Shown here: positions 30,167-39,739 of the stretch, in pieces | How the letters are laid out: the number at the start of each line of letters is the position of its first letter | Numbering within the stretch: the first letter of the stretch is position 1 | Assembly (NCBI GenBank): GCA_043825875.1 | Contig: JBDRRF010000067.1 | Span: 1 to 64,000 of the forward strand | DNA length: 64,000 nucleotides | Source of the DNA: Pseudomonadota bacterium | GTDB taxonomy: Bacteria > Desulfobacterota > Desulfobacteria > Desulfobacterales > RPRI01 | Direction: 5' to 3' | Made by a program: the position numbers and the translations under genes | The notes under the pieces: model-generated | What the model was told of the DNA's origin: nothing | Database searches by the model: none | The model's input: only the letters and a program-made list of their open reading frames with translations

Positions 30167-31273
30167 ATGGATAATATTCTGCCATGGTTTGCCTTAAAAA
30201 ATGTTCCCGGAATTGGAAATCATCTTTTCAAAAAATTAATTAAGCACTTCAAATCACCTGAAGCAGTGCTTAAAGCTTCCCGTGAAGAACTATCAAGTAT
30301 AGATGGCATATCAGACAAGCTTGCAATTGCTATTAAAAAATATAAGGCGCATAAAGATTTTAAGAATGAAATAGAAGCTGTAGTAAATAAAGGTTTTAGA
30401 ATTGTAACCATGTCGGACAGGGATTATCCGCCACTTCTTCTGGAAATACCCGATCCGCCGCCTTTTCTATATGTTTCCGGGAATCTTGACAGTTCTTCAA
30501 AAAACATAGCTGTTGTAGGCTCAAGGAATGCAACAGACTATGGTATTTCAATAACAAAAAAACTTTGTTCAGATCTTGTTTCCCACAACATAACGGTTGT
30601 AAGCGGAATGGCAAGGGGAATAGATACAGCCGCTCATAAAGGTGCTTTAACCGGTAAGGGCAAAACAATAGCAGTGCTTGGAAGCGGTCTTTGCAGGATT
30701 TATCCTGAGCAAAACACAAAACTGTTTCAGATGATTTCGGAAAACGGTGCTGTAATATCAGAACTTCCTTTAATGGCAGAACCTGATTCATTTAATTTTC
30801 CTGCACGAAACAGAATAATAAGCGGGATTTCACTTGGCACTGTTGTAGTTGAGGCCACTAAAAGGAGCGGCTCTCTGATTACAGCAAGGCTTGCGGCTGA
30901 ACAAAACAGAGAAGTGTTTGCAGTTCCGGGCAGTATTCAGTCTTTTAAAAGCACAGGCACTCACACATTAATAAAGCAGGGAGCCAAACTGGTTGAGAAT
31001 GTAAAAGATATCATAGACGAGCTTTCAAATATACTATCATCTGTAAATGATATAACAATACAGGAAGAAAAAGAAACTGCATATAAAAATATTCGTCCAA
31101 ACTCCGATGAATTACTGGTATTAAAAGCTCTTGAACCTTATCCTGTCCATATAGACGAACTTGCCCGCAAAGTAAAAATGCAGCCGGGAAAACTCTTGAG
31201 CATACTATTAACTTTGGAACTACAGGACTTGATAAAACAAGAACCGGGAAAATTGTTTTCTTTGAGAACATAA
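30167..31273 (+). CDS. dprA: DNA-processing protein DprA
   Basis: VGSR, SGMARGID, FPARNRII, SGSLITA, C-terminal winged helix. Confidence 0.96.
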   Translation: MDNILPWFALKNVPGIGNHLFKKLIKHFKSPEAVLKASREELSSIDGISDKLAIAIKKYKAHKDFKNEIEAVVNKGFRIVTMSDRDYPPLLLEIPDPPPFLYVSGNLDSSSKNIAVVGSRNATDYGISITKKLCSDLVSHNITVVSGMARGIDTAAHKGALTGKGKTIAVLGSGLCRIYPEQNTKLFQMISENGAVISELPLMAEPDSFNFPARNRIISGISLGTVVVEATKRSGSLITARLAAEQNREVFAVPGSIQSFKSTGTHTLIKQGAKLVENVKDIIDELSNILSSVNDITIQEEKETAYKNIRPNSDELLVLKALEPYPVHIDELARKVKMQPGKLLSILLTLELQDLIKQEPGKLFSLRT

Positions 31274-31309
31274 TTGAAATAAAGTTAAAAATTTAGTGAG
31301 GAATATTAA

Positions 31310-33580
31310 GTGAACAAACCGCTTGTAGTTGTTGAATCTCCAACTAAAGTCAGAACAATAAAAAAATATATAGGCAAAGATTATAATATAGTTTCAACCG
31401 TTGGACACATAAAGGATCTGCCGGCAAAAAAAATCGGAATAAATATAGAAGAAGGTTTTCAACCCGAATATGTGAATATTCCGGGAAAACAAAAAGTAAT
31501 AACCAACCTTAAAAAAGAAGCAGGCGATGCTACCGATATATTTCTTGCGCCTGATCCGGACAGGGAAGGTGAAGCAATTGCATGGCATACCGCTGATATA
31601 TTAAAAAAGAAAGGGCGTAAATTTCATAGAGTTCTTTTTCACGAACTTACCAAAAACGCCATTATTGCAGCTATTGCATCTCCCGAAAATCTCAATGAAA
31701 GCAAGTATGAAGCGCAACAGGCACGCCGGATATTAGACAGGTTGGTAGGATACCAGATATCACCGCTATTATGGAGAAAAGTAAAAGGCGGATTAAGTGC
31801 CGGCCGCGTTCAATCTGTTGCACTTCGCATAATCTGTGAAAGAGAGCGTGCAATCCATGCATTTGTTTCTGTGGAATACTGGTCAATAACAGCTCTTCTT
31901 GAAACAGAAGATAAAGCGGCCTTTACCGCAAAACTTGTTAAGAAAAACGGGAAAAAGATTGATATCCCAAATGAAGAAACTTCATCGCAAATAGTAAATG
32001 AATTAAGCAATACTTTATTTACCGTACAAAATGTTCAAAAAAAATCAACCGTAAGAAACCCCTTTCCGCCGTTCATTACAAGTAAGTTGCAACAGGAAGC
32101 CATTACAAAACTAAAATTTTCTGCTAAAAAAACAATGGTTGTGGCCCAACAGCTTTACGAAGGAATAGATCTTGGCCCCGGGGAACCGGTTGGATTGATA
32201 ACTTACATGAGAACCGATTCCACAAGAATATCCAAAGAATCGGCGGAAGAAGCATTAATGCTGATAAAAGATACTTTCGGGGAACAATATGCTCTTAAGG
32301 AACCAAGGTTTTTTAAAAACACTAAAAAGGTTCAGGATGCCCATGAAGCAATACGCCCTTCATCGGTTTACAATACCCCTGAAAAAGTTGCACCTTATCT
32401 TTCTAAAGAACAGCTTGATCTATATACTCTTATCTGGAAACGCTTTGTAGCATCGCAGATGACTCAGGCCATAATAGACAAAGTAACCGTATCCGTATCT
32501 GCTGGCCCGTATACTTTTAATGCAAGCGGATCAAGTGTCAAATTCCCCGGTTTCATGTCTCTTTATTTGACCGCAGATGATGAACAGGAAGAAGAAGAAA
32601 AGAAAAAAATGCTCCCCGATATTGCAGAGGGTATGGTTTTAAATTTAAACAAACTTGATCCTAAACAGCACTTTACGCAACCACCCCCAAGATTTTCCGA
32701 AGCATCTCTTGTGAAAGAACTTGAAGAAAACGGGATCGGGCGCCCCAGTACATATGCTGCTATCCTTTCAACCATAAGGGAAAAAGGTTACGTTGATTTC
32801 ATAAAAGGCTATTTTAAGCCAAGTGAACTTGGATTTATAGTAAATGATCTTTTGGTAGAAAGCTTTCCAAATATAGTTAATGTTGATTTTACTGCCAAAA
32901 TGGAAGATGACCTTGATCGGATAGAAGGTAAGGAAGCAAATGCGCTTGATGTTCTCAGCAGTTTTTATACACCTTTTAAAATTGAGCTTGATAAGGCTTC
33001 GGAAGATATGTTGAGCATAAAAGGAGTTGGTTTCCCTACAGGCCTGAAATGTCCTGAATGCGATAATGAACTAAAAATTAAAGTTGGGAAAAACGGCCAT
33101 TTTCTTGCCTGTAGCGCTTATCCGAAATGTTCTTATTCCAGAAATTATAATCGCGATGAAAAAGGGGTAATTTCACCTGTAAACGTTCCTGAAAGTGAAG
33201 CTACGGATTTGTTTTGTGATAAATGCCAAAAGCCCATGGTGTTAAAGCACGGCAAGTACGGAGATTTCTTTGCCTGCTCCGGCTATCCTGACTGCAAGAA
33301 CACGCAATCTATAAATTCAGACGGACAAACAAGCAATACAGGAATTAAATGCCCGGAACAGAAATGTACAGGTGAAATCGTCGGGAAAAAATCGAAAAGA
33401 GGGAAGCTCTTTTATGGCTGCAACCGTTATCCTGAATGTACTTATGCAACCTGGGACAAACCGATTGAACAAAATTGTCCCTCATGCGGTGCGAACTTTC
33501 TTCTTGAAAAAACCACAAAAAAAAGCGGCACGGTTTTATATTGTATAGTGCAAGATTGCGGTTACAAAGAAAATATATGA
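31310..33580 (+). CDS. topA: DNA topoisomerase I
   Basis: VESPTK, DPDREGE, SAGRVQS, ITYMRTD, GIGRPSTY, C-terminal C4 zinc ribbons. Confidence 0.97.
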   Translation: MNKPLVVVESPTKVRTIKKYIGKDYNIVSTVGHIKDLPAKKIGINIEEGFQPEYVNIPGKQKVITNLKKEAGDATDIFLAPDPDREGEAIAWHTADILKKKGRKFHRVLFHELTKNAIIAAIASPENLNESKYEAQQARRILDRLVGYQISPLLWRKVKGGLSAGRVQSVALRIICERERAIHAFVSVEYWSITALLETEDKAAFTAKLVKKNGKKIDIPNEETSSQIVNELSNTLFTVQNVQKKSTVRNPFPPFITSKLQQEAITKLKFSAKKTMVVAQQLYEGIDLGPGEPVGLITYMRTDSTRISKESAEEALMLIKDTFGEQYALKEPRFFKNTKKVQDAHEAIRPSSVYNTPEKVAPYLSKEQLDLYTLIWKRFVASQMTQAIIDKVTVSVSAGPYTFNASGSSVKFPGFMSLYLTADDEQEEEEKKKMLPDIAEGMVLNLNKLDPKQHFTQPPPRFSEASLVKELEENGIGRPSTYAAILSTIREKGYVDFIKGYFKPSELGFIVNDLLVESFPNIVNVDFTAKMEDDLDRIEGKEANALDVLSSFYTPFKIELDKASEDMLSIKGVGFPTGLKCPECDNELKIKVGKNGHFLACSAYPKCSYSRNYNRDEKGVISPVNVPESEATDLFCDKCQKPMVLKHGKYGDFFACSGYPDCKNTQSINSDGQTSNTGIKCPEQKCTGEIVGKKSKRGKLFYGCNRYPECTYATWDKPIEQNCPSCGANFLLEKTTKKSGTVLYCIVQDCGYKENI

Positions 33581-33604
33581 GTAAATTGTTATTGGAGGAC
33601 CGGT

Positions 33605-34447
33605 ATGAAATTTGGTAACTATGATTGCTTTTCAATAGAACTAGGAGATTTTGTTTTAGATGGTGGTGCCATGTTCGGTGTTGTTCCAAAAATTTTATGG
33701 GAAAAGAAAATACCGGCTGATAAAAATAATTTTATCCCCATGAAAGCAAGGTCTCTTTTAATACAGGGAAACGGGAAAAATATCCTTGTTGATAATGGCC
33801 CAGGAAGCAAATTGTCCGAAAAAATGAAAAATATTTATAGAATCGATGATCAAACAACTGATATTAAGGCTATACTTTCAAAACACCAACTGACATGCGA
33901 TGATATTACCGATGTAATTATAACCCACCTTCATTTTGATCATGCAGGGGGCTCAACTATAGTAAAAGATAATAATATAGTCCCGACATTTCCTGCGGCA
34001 AAATACTATGTGCAAAAAAGCCAGTTTGAAGCAGCCATAAATCCCGGCATAAAAGAAGCCGGAAGTTATTTTGAAGAAAATTTTCTGCCTTTGGAAAAAT
34101 CCGGCGTCCTGGAAATTCTTGATGGTCCTGCGGATTTATTTGATGGCATAGAAATTATTATATCAAATGGTCACACTCCGGGACAGCAACATCCGCTTGT
34201 AAAGGGGAAGGAAGCCTCACTTTTTTATTGCGCCGATCTTATTCCTACCTCAGCCCATATCCCGATTCCATGGCATATGGCATATGATAATGAACCATTA
34301 TCTATTCTTGATGAAAAACAGGAAATACTTTCTAAAACTATATTGGGAAACTGGATCTTATTTTTCGAACACGACCCTTTAGTGGCTGCCGCTTCAGTTA
34401 AAAAAGGCGATAAAGGCATTACTATAGATAAAATCATTACTATTTAA
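33605..34447 (+). CDS. MBL-fold metallo-hydrolase (YtnP-like)
   Basis: LDGGAMFGVVPK, THLHFDHAGG, GHT.G, FEHD. Confidence 0.9.
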   Translation: MKFGNYDCFSIELGDFVLDGGAMFGVVPKILWEKKIPADKNNFIPMKARSLLIQGNGKNILVDNGPGSKLSEKMKNIYRIDDQTTDIKAILSKHQLTCDDITDVIITHLHFDHAGGSTIVKDNNIVPTFPAAKYYVQKSQFEAAINPGIKEAGSYFEENFLPLEKSGVLEILDGPADLFDGIEIIISNGHTPGQQHPLVKGKEASLFYCADLIPTSAHIPIPWHMAYDNEPLSILDEKQEILSKTILGNWILFFEHDPLVAAASVKKGDKGITIDKIITI

Positions 34448-34463
34448 TATTAGCTTTTGCTAT

Positions 34464-34580
34464 TAGAAATAACTCCTCCCGCACCGCTTTTTGATTGTGG
34501 TTTTTAAATTAAGAACCTTACAGTACTTATTTCAAAGCAATCCAGCCATAATCCAGCCGATTGGGCAGGAGTTTTTTCTA
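34464..34580. repeat. Imperfect long inverted repeat between convergent genes
   Basis: TAGAAATAACTCCTCCC...GATTGTGG vs CCATAATC...GGGCAGGAGTTTTTTCTA. Confidence 0.55.
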
Positions 34581-34590
34581 AAAAAGCTGC

Positions 34591-35403
34591 TTAAAATTCA
34601 AGCGAAGCATTCAATCCGCAAACTAAAGTGTTGTCAAGTTTTCCATTAACATTATAGGGGCTCCCGTCTATCATTCTGTCAGCTCTTTTTGAAAGCGGAA
34701 ACCAGTACTGTACTACAGGCTGTATCGAAGCATTTCCGGCAATCGGAATAGTAAATCCGGCCATAACCATGCCATCATGAAATGCCTTATATTTTTCACC
34801 GGTGTATGCACTTGTTGATCTTTCGTATGTTTTCCAATAATCGGAATCTCCTATAAAATAACCGGCTGAAGCACCCAAATCCAAAGTAATTTCTTTAACA
34901 ATCGGAATAGAATGTGACAGTGAAAAATTGATATATGTTCCTGAATATTCGTTGATATCACGATATACAGCCAATGTTGGGCATAAAAGAACATCTAAGC
35001 TGGCCGACAGGAAAATTTCCTCAGTCTGGTCCGCATATCGCGTGCTGTAGAAAATATAACCGCCTGTAAGTGCAAGTTTGTCTATTTCATAAGTATAGCT
35101 TAATGTAAGGTCGGTTTCGTTGAAGCTTTGCTCATCTGCTATGTCAGGAACAAAAGACTGAGTTGCGTTTTCATTAGTATCGATATTTCCCCAAAGTGAT
35201 GCGCTGAATCCTTTGTAGGAAGCCTCCAGCGCAGGCTGGATGATTGCACTATCCTTGCTTAATTCATAGCCCCTGAAGACATACTTGTTAAAAATCCCAA
35301 CCGAAGCGCTCCCTGATACCACATCTTCTTCTGCATAGACCACAGATGTAGCTATCGTAATAATTATTAAAAATAAAGCTGCCGATAATAAATATTTTTT
35401 CAT
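34591..35403 (-). CDS. Putative outer-membrane beta-barrel (Gcw_chp / TIGR02001-like)
   Basis: Signal peptide, NKYVFRGY, WGN, ETDLTLSY, alternating aromatic strands, C-terminal Phe; ATG at 35403 with GGAGG. Confidence 0.7.
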   Translation of the reverse strand: MKKYLLSAALFLIIITIATSVVYAEEDVVSGSASVGIFNKYVFRGYELSKDSAIIQPALEASYKGFSASLWGNIDTNENATQSFVPDIADEQSFNETDLTLSYTYEIDKLALTGGYIFYSTRYADQTEEIFLSASLDVLLCPTLAVYRDINEYSGTYINFSLSHSIPIVKEITLDLGASAGYFIGDSDYWKTYERSTSAYTGEKYKAFHDGMVMAGFTIPIAGNASIQPVVQYWFPLSKRADRMIDGSPYNVNGKLDNTLVCGLNASLEF

Positions 35404-35580
35404 TTTTTCCTCCAAATCTAATTTAAATAATAAATATATTTTTGTTACCCTTCAAAAAAACTCTTGCTTACAGTCATATATACGCATGAAAATAATTCTT
35501 ACACCGATCGTTTCTTTTCCATCCACCCCCTTTGCAAATATTTTGGTTTTTGATTAGTATTCTTGCTCTGACATGAATAT

Positions 35581-35596
35581 AGCTATAACCGTGCCA
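35581..35596 (-). promoter_or_regulatory. Sigma54 promoter of the beta-barrel gene
   Basis: Minus strand TGGCACGGTTATAGCT (consensus -24 box TGGCACG, GG-N10-GC). Confidence 0.8.
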
Positions 35597-35601
35597 AAGC
35601 T

Positions 35602-35614
35602 TAACCATTTGATT
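35602..35614 (-). promoter_or_regulatory. IHF binding site
   Basis: Minus strand AATCAAATGGTTA matches WATCAANNNNTTR, just upstream of the -24 box. Confidence 0.65.
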
Positions 35615-35740
35615 TCATGAGATAAGTATACAATTGTATATTACAATAGTGTAATATTAATATAATATATTTACATTTATGTATTGTTTGGCATGTTTTA
35701 TTGGGGCTGGTTTGTATAAGTTCAATGGTTTAAAACTGAA

Positions 35741-35882
35741 GAGCCAGTTCCGAAACGCCCCATTTTGGCCGATCTCTGCGTTGGGCTCAAATTTCAATCC
35801 TCGAAATACTAAATGTATTCCTGTGGTTGAAATTCTCTCCCGCCTTGAGCTTGACCAAACTGAAACGTTTTGAAAGTGGCTC
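35741..35882 (+). mobile_element. MITE-like 142-bp repeat, copy 2
   Basis: GAGCCAGTTCCGAAACG ... CGTTTTGAAAGTGGCTC; near-identical to 1-141. Confidence 0.88.
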
Positions 35883-35912
35883 TAAACTTATTCTTTTAAA
35901 AAGCAGAGCCTA

Positions 35913-36974
35913 TTAAGAATAAATGATATTATAGGGAAGAGGGGGATATTTCCATACTCCCGGAACCGGCAGAATGTATTGAGCCTCAACAGCCTGCCAG
36001 TAGAGATCGGGCCTTAGCTCTCTTAACTTTCCATCATCCGGTGGTCTTGCATGATCAGTGAAAGAATAAATTACCTGGAATATACAAATACTATCCTTTT
36101 TATCTTTAGCCACAACATAATGTTTCTTGAAAACATTAGGAGAAATAAAGTTTGATGTGGAAATCTGATTAATTTCATCATCACCAAGCTTCATCAATAT
36201 TGCTTTTGAAACCCCGCGTTCTGAAATCCGAATCAACGCCCTTGAACCGCTACTTCCAACATAAACAGTTGTAATGCAGGGAATCCTTTTAAAGTACTGT
36301 GCAGCCACTATCGCGGCAGTTCTTCTGCCTCCTGCCATTACAGGAAGAGCATAATACTCATAAAATTTTTTCTGGATATCTTCTGCGTACTTATCTCCTT
36401 TTTCATAAATATCCTTTGAAATATAACGGAGGTTGCTTGCAAGATTTTCAGCTGCTTCCATCACAGGCCAATCTATCCGTACATGAAAATGCGACAGGAT
36501 ATATCTGTCATTTATTCTGCTTGCAGGATCCCTTTGAATTAGAAGGGCATAATCAACGGGAAGCAGCATCCGTGTAAAATCAAAGAAACGCGCCGAATCA
36601 AAAAATTTTTGGGTTCTGTCAAATTTACAGGAAAGCGGCAAAGTTTTTGACTTTAATATATTATCCTTGGTTGTTTTATTTATATCATAGAAACTGATAT
36701 ATTTTTTATGGTCCGCAGATATTGAGTCTTCAACAAATATTATAAGAAAAGTATTCTGAGCTTCATACTCTATGTCGGTTATTCGGGCGCGGGGTTTTAG
36801 TTCGCGTTTTTCAACGAAAGGATAGTCTGTATTTTTGCTTAAAAAATTATTATAGGAATCAACAAGGGCATATTGGAGCAAAAACTGGTCAAGGTCATCT
36901 CTTAACAACTCATAATATGAGCGTCTCAACTTATTAGCCTGACTTAACGATTCTCTTACGCTCCAGAAAGTCAC
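35913..36974 (-). CDS. Hypothetical protein (353 aa, no family recognised)
   Basis: Long ORF, GTG start with AGGAGA RBS, own promoter. Confidence 0.85.
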   Translation of the reverse strand: MTFWSVRESLSQANKLRRSYYELLRDDLDQFLLQYALVDSYNNFLSKNTDYPFVEKRELKPRARITDIEYEAQNTFLIIFVEDSISADHKKYISFYDINKTTKDNILKSKTLPLSCKFDRTQKFFDSARFFDFTRMLLPVDYALLIQRDPASRINDRYILSHFHVRIDWPVMEAAENLASNLRYISKDIYEKGDKYAEDIQKKFYEYYALPVMAGGRRTAAIVAAQYFKRIPCITTVYVGSSGSRALIRISERGVSKAILMKLGDDEINQISTSNFISPNVFKKHYVVAKDKKDSICIFQVIYSFTDHARPPDDGKLRELRPDLYWQAVEAQYILPVPGVWKYPPLPYNIIYS

Positions 36975-37011
36975 AATTTATTCTCCTGATATTTTGTTTT
37001 TATATAGGTGG

Positions 37012-37040
37012 TTTATAGCATTGTTTAAGAATACAGTCAA
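37012..37040 (-). promoter_or_regulatory. Sigma70 promoter of the hypothetical gene
   Basis: Minus strand TTGACT-N17-TATAAA with extended TGn. Confidence 0.6.
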
Positions 37041-37096
37041 TGCTAATAATAAAGTAAAAACAAATCTTGGGAAATAAACCGAAATTATAATTCTTA

Positions 37097-38098
37097 TTAG
37101 TTTGTAAAAAGTTTAATTTGATTACGCCCTTCTTCTTTTGCCTGATAAAGAGCCTTATCTGCCATTGTTATAAATGAAGCATATAATGAATCCTGCATTG
37201 GGACCCCTCCCGCAACTCCCATACTTACAGTAACTATTTTTGCTACAGGAGAAAATTCATGTGGCATATTCAAATCCTGTATTGACAATCTTAGTCTTTC
37301 AGCAACTATTATTGCGTCATTTGCATCTGTATCTGAAAGCACAGCAACGAACTCTTCACCTCCGTAACGCGCAATAAGATCTCTCGGTCTTTTAGAAGCT
37401 TCATTTAGAACTCTTCCTACCTGTTTGAGACACTCATCACCAGCTTGATGGCCATAATTATCATTAAAAGCCTTAAAATGGTCTATATCTATCATAACAA
37501 ATGACAAAGGTGTTCTCTCCCGAATAGCGTTTCTCCATTCTTTATCAACAAAATCATCAAAATGCCGGCGATTTGGAATTCCTGTCAATCCGTCTATGGA
37601 AGAAAGATCCTGTAGTATGCTGTTAGCTTTTTCAAGTTCTTTTTTTACTATCAGCAATTCTTCTACTTTTTGTTTTAGCTCAAGTGACTGTTCATTAATA
37701 AGCCTTTTTTGATTATACAAAGCAAGGAAAATCTTTACCTTGCTCATCAGGATAATCGGTTCTATGGGCTTAAATAAAAAATCAACAGCCCCTGCTTCAT
37801 AACCACTCAATAAATATTTTTGCTCCTTACTGATCGCAGTCAAAAAAATTATGGGGACGCTTTTACTTCTTTTAATTCCCTGCATAAGCTTTGCAGTTTC
37901 ATAGCCGTCCATTTCAGGCATCTGCACATCAAGAAGTATAAGAGCAAAGTCGTATTCCAAAACAAGGCCAAGGGCTTCATTGCCTGAAGATGCTTTTACA
38001 ATATTTAATTCAGGATTCTCAAGCAACGCTTCCAGAGCAATTAAATTCTCCGGCCTGTCATCTACAATAAGTATGTCTGTTTTTTCCTTAAAAGTCAT
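37097..38098 (-). CDS. REC-GGDEF diguanylate cyclase
   Basis: REC N-terminus; DGLTG..NRR, DIDHFK.FND.YGH, RPRD I-site, RYGGEEF. Confidence 0.95.
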   Translation of the reverse strand: MTFKEKTDILIVDDRPENLIALEALLENPELNIVKASSGNEALGLVLEYDFALILLDVQMPEMDGYETAKLMQGIKRSKSVPIIFLTAISKEQKYLLSGYEAGAVDFLFKPIEPIILMSKVKIFLALYNQKRLINEQSLELKQKVEELLIVKKELEKANSILQDLSSIDGLTGIPNRRHFDDFVDKEWRNAIRERTPLSFVMIDIDHFKAFNDNYGHQAGDECLKQVGRVLNEASKRPRDLIARYGGEEFVAVLSDTDANDAIIVAERLRLSIQDLNMPHEFSPVAKIVTVSMGVAGGVPMQDSLYASFITMADKALYQAKEEGRNQIKLFTN

Positions 38099-38130
38099 AA
38101 CAAATCTCCGTTTTATTATCTTACAGACAG

Positions 38131-38715
38131 CTACTGTTTGAGAAAACCGGCAAGTAGCAAACCAATTTTATCCAGAGTTAAAATATAATCAATTTCGGAA
38201 ACTGCTATCGCAGCTAAGGGCATTGAATCACGCTCAGCAGTAAATGGGTCCTGGACAATTGCAAGCCCTCCGTATTCCTTTATTTTATGCAGGCCTTGGC
38301 TGCCGTCACTGTTGGCTCCGGTAAGAATTGTACCGATAAGCTTTTCTCCGTAGGCATCTGCAGCAGTTTCAAACAAAACATCAATCGAAGGTCTCGCATA
38401 GTTGATATGTCCGGAAACAGACAAAGAAAATGTTTCGTCTTCCTCTACCATCAAATGGTAGTTAGGTGGAGCAGTATAAACTACTCCACCCTTAATTATT
38501 TCTTTTTCTTCGGCTTCTTTTATTTTTATATGGCATTGCCTGCTTAACACTTGATGCAACCCTCTTGATTGTGGAGATAAATGCAAAACAACAATTATTG
38601 CCTGTTTAAAATCATCCGGCAAATAGGATAAAATGATACCAAGAGCCTCAATTCCCCCGGTCGAAGCTCCAATTACAACTGCCCTATATTTATTCATCAA
38701 TTCAGCTTTACTCAT
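38131..38715 (-). CDS. cheB: Stand-alone CheB methylesterase domain
   Basis: GASTGG, VLH, RPSIDVLF, LTGANSDG; no REC domain. Confidence 0.92.
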   Translation of the reverse strand: MSKAELMNKYRAVVIGASTGGIEALGIILSYLPDDFKQAIIVVLHLSPQSRGLHQVLSRQCHIKIKEAEEKEIIKGGVVYTAPPNYHLMVEEDETFSLSVSGHINYARPSIDVLFETAADAYGEKLIGTILTGANSDGSQGLHKIKEYGGLAIVQDPFTAERDSMPLAAIAVSEIDYILTLDKIGLLLAGFLKQ

Positions 38716-38738
38716 ATATATAGTTGTTCAGGTTTTTA

Positions 38739-38889
38739 GGTTCACGGTTCACGGTTCACAGTTGGTTACTTGAGCCTTTCATATTTCTTGAGATAGTTAA
38801 TAAATCCACGTACGGCGGCACGGGTTCGTCTGGCTTGCACGTAGATTTCGAACTCTAACCTTGAACCCTTGAACCTTGAACCTTGAACC
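38739..38889. repeat. Inverted heptamer arrays (GGTTCAC x3 / TTGAACC x4)
   Basis: GGTTCAC at 38739-38759; TTGAACC at 38861-38889 (reverse complement GGTTCAA). Confidence 0.85.
38766..38858 (-). pseudogene. 3' fragment resembling the C-terminal helix of a four-helix-bundle (23S rRNA IVS-like / TIGR02436) protein
   Basis: Manual translation LEFEIYVQARRTRAAVRGFINYLKKYERLK*; no in-frame ATG; flanked by heptamer arrays typical of such genes. Confidence 0.55.
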
Positions 38890-38914
38890 AGTAAACCATG
38901 GTAATTACCATGGT

Positions 38915-39739
38915 TTATGATATTTTTCTGTAGATAGCTTCACCTTCTACCGCATTCTCAAAATTATCGGCACATTCTGAAAATCTTATGCTCTCTTTTG
39001 AACCCAAACAAAGAAATCCTCCGTGACAAAGGCTTTCATGGAAAAGGTTTAAAACGCGATTCTGCAATGTCTTATCAAAATAGATAAGAACATTTCTGCA
39101 CATAATCAAATTCATTTCACCGAATACCCCGTCTGTTACCAGATTATGGTCGGCAAATACTACATTTGCTTTCAGATCCTTCTCCATTATCGCTGAATCA
39201 TATTTTGCCGTATAGTAGTCGGAAAACGATCTTATTCCACCGGCTTTTATATAGTTGGAAATATATTTTTTCATATGATCAATTGGGAATATACCATCTC
39301 TTGCCTTACAGAGGATAACCTCATTGAAATCAGTTGCGTAAATCTGTGTTCTTTTATAAATAGCTTCTTCTTTAAGCAGAATGGCCATAGAATAAACCTC
39401 TTCACCTGATGAACATCCGGCATTCCATATTTTAATAAACGGGTATGTTTCTAAGATCGGTATCACTTCTGTTCTAAGCGCTAAGTAGAATGAAGGATCA
39501 CGGAACATTTCAGTTACATTTATAGAAAGATCCAATAGCAGGGTTTCAAAAAATATAGTGTCATATAAAAGTTTATGCTGCATCGCAGAAAGGCTTTGAA
39601 GCCCTGAAGCTGTTAGCCTGTGCACTAATCTCCGTTTAATGGAAGCCATTGAGTAATTTCTGAAATCATAGCCATATTTCAGAAAAATTGATTCTAAAAG
39701 AAGTTTTATCTCAATATTTTCACTTTCCATGGATTTCAA
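38915..39739 (-). CDS. cheR: CheR-type protein-glutamate methyltransferase
   Basis: YGYDFR.Y, INVTEMFRD, WNAGCSSGEE.YS, CRNVLIYF. Confidence 0.95.
   Translation of the reverse strand: MKSMESENIEIKLLLESIFLKYGYDFRNYSMASIKRRLVHRLTASGLQSLSAMQHKLLYDTIFFETLLLDLSINVTEMFRDPSFYLALRTEVIPILETYPFIKIWNAGCSSGEEVYSMAILLKEEAIYKRTQIYATDFNEVILCKARDGIFPIDHMKKYISNYIKAGGIRSFSDYYTAKYDSAIMEKDLKANVVFADHNLVTDGVFGEMNLIMCRNVLIYFDKTLQNRVLNLFHESLCHGGFLCLGSKESIRFSECADNFENAVEGEAIYRKIS

Noticed and set aside
35499..35522. Tiny uORF (MEKKRSV*) in the porin leader, minus strand
   Set aside because: Too short, with poor RBS spacing; cannot be supported without conservation or ribosome profiling
35679..35873. 64-aa ORF in the ORF track
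   Set aside because: It is mostly a translation of MITE copy 2
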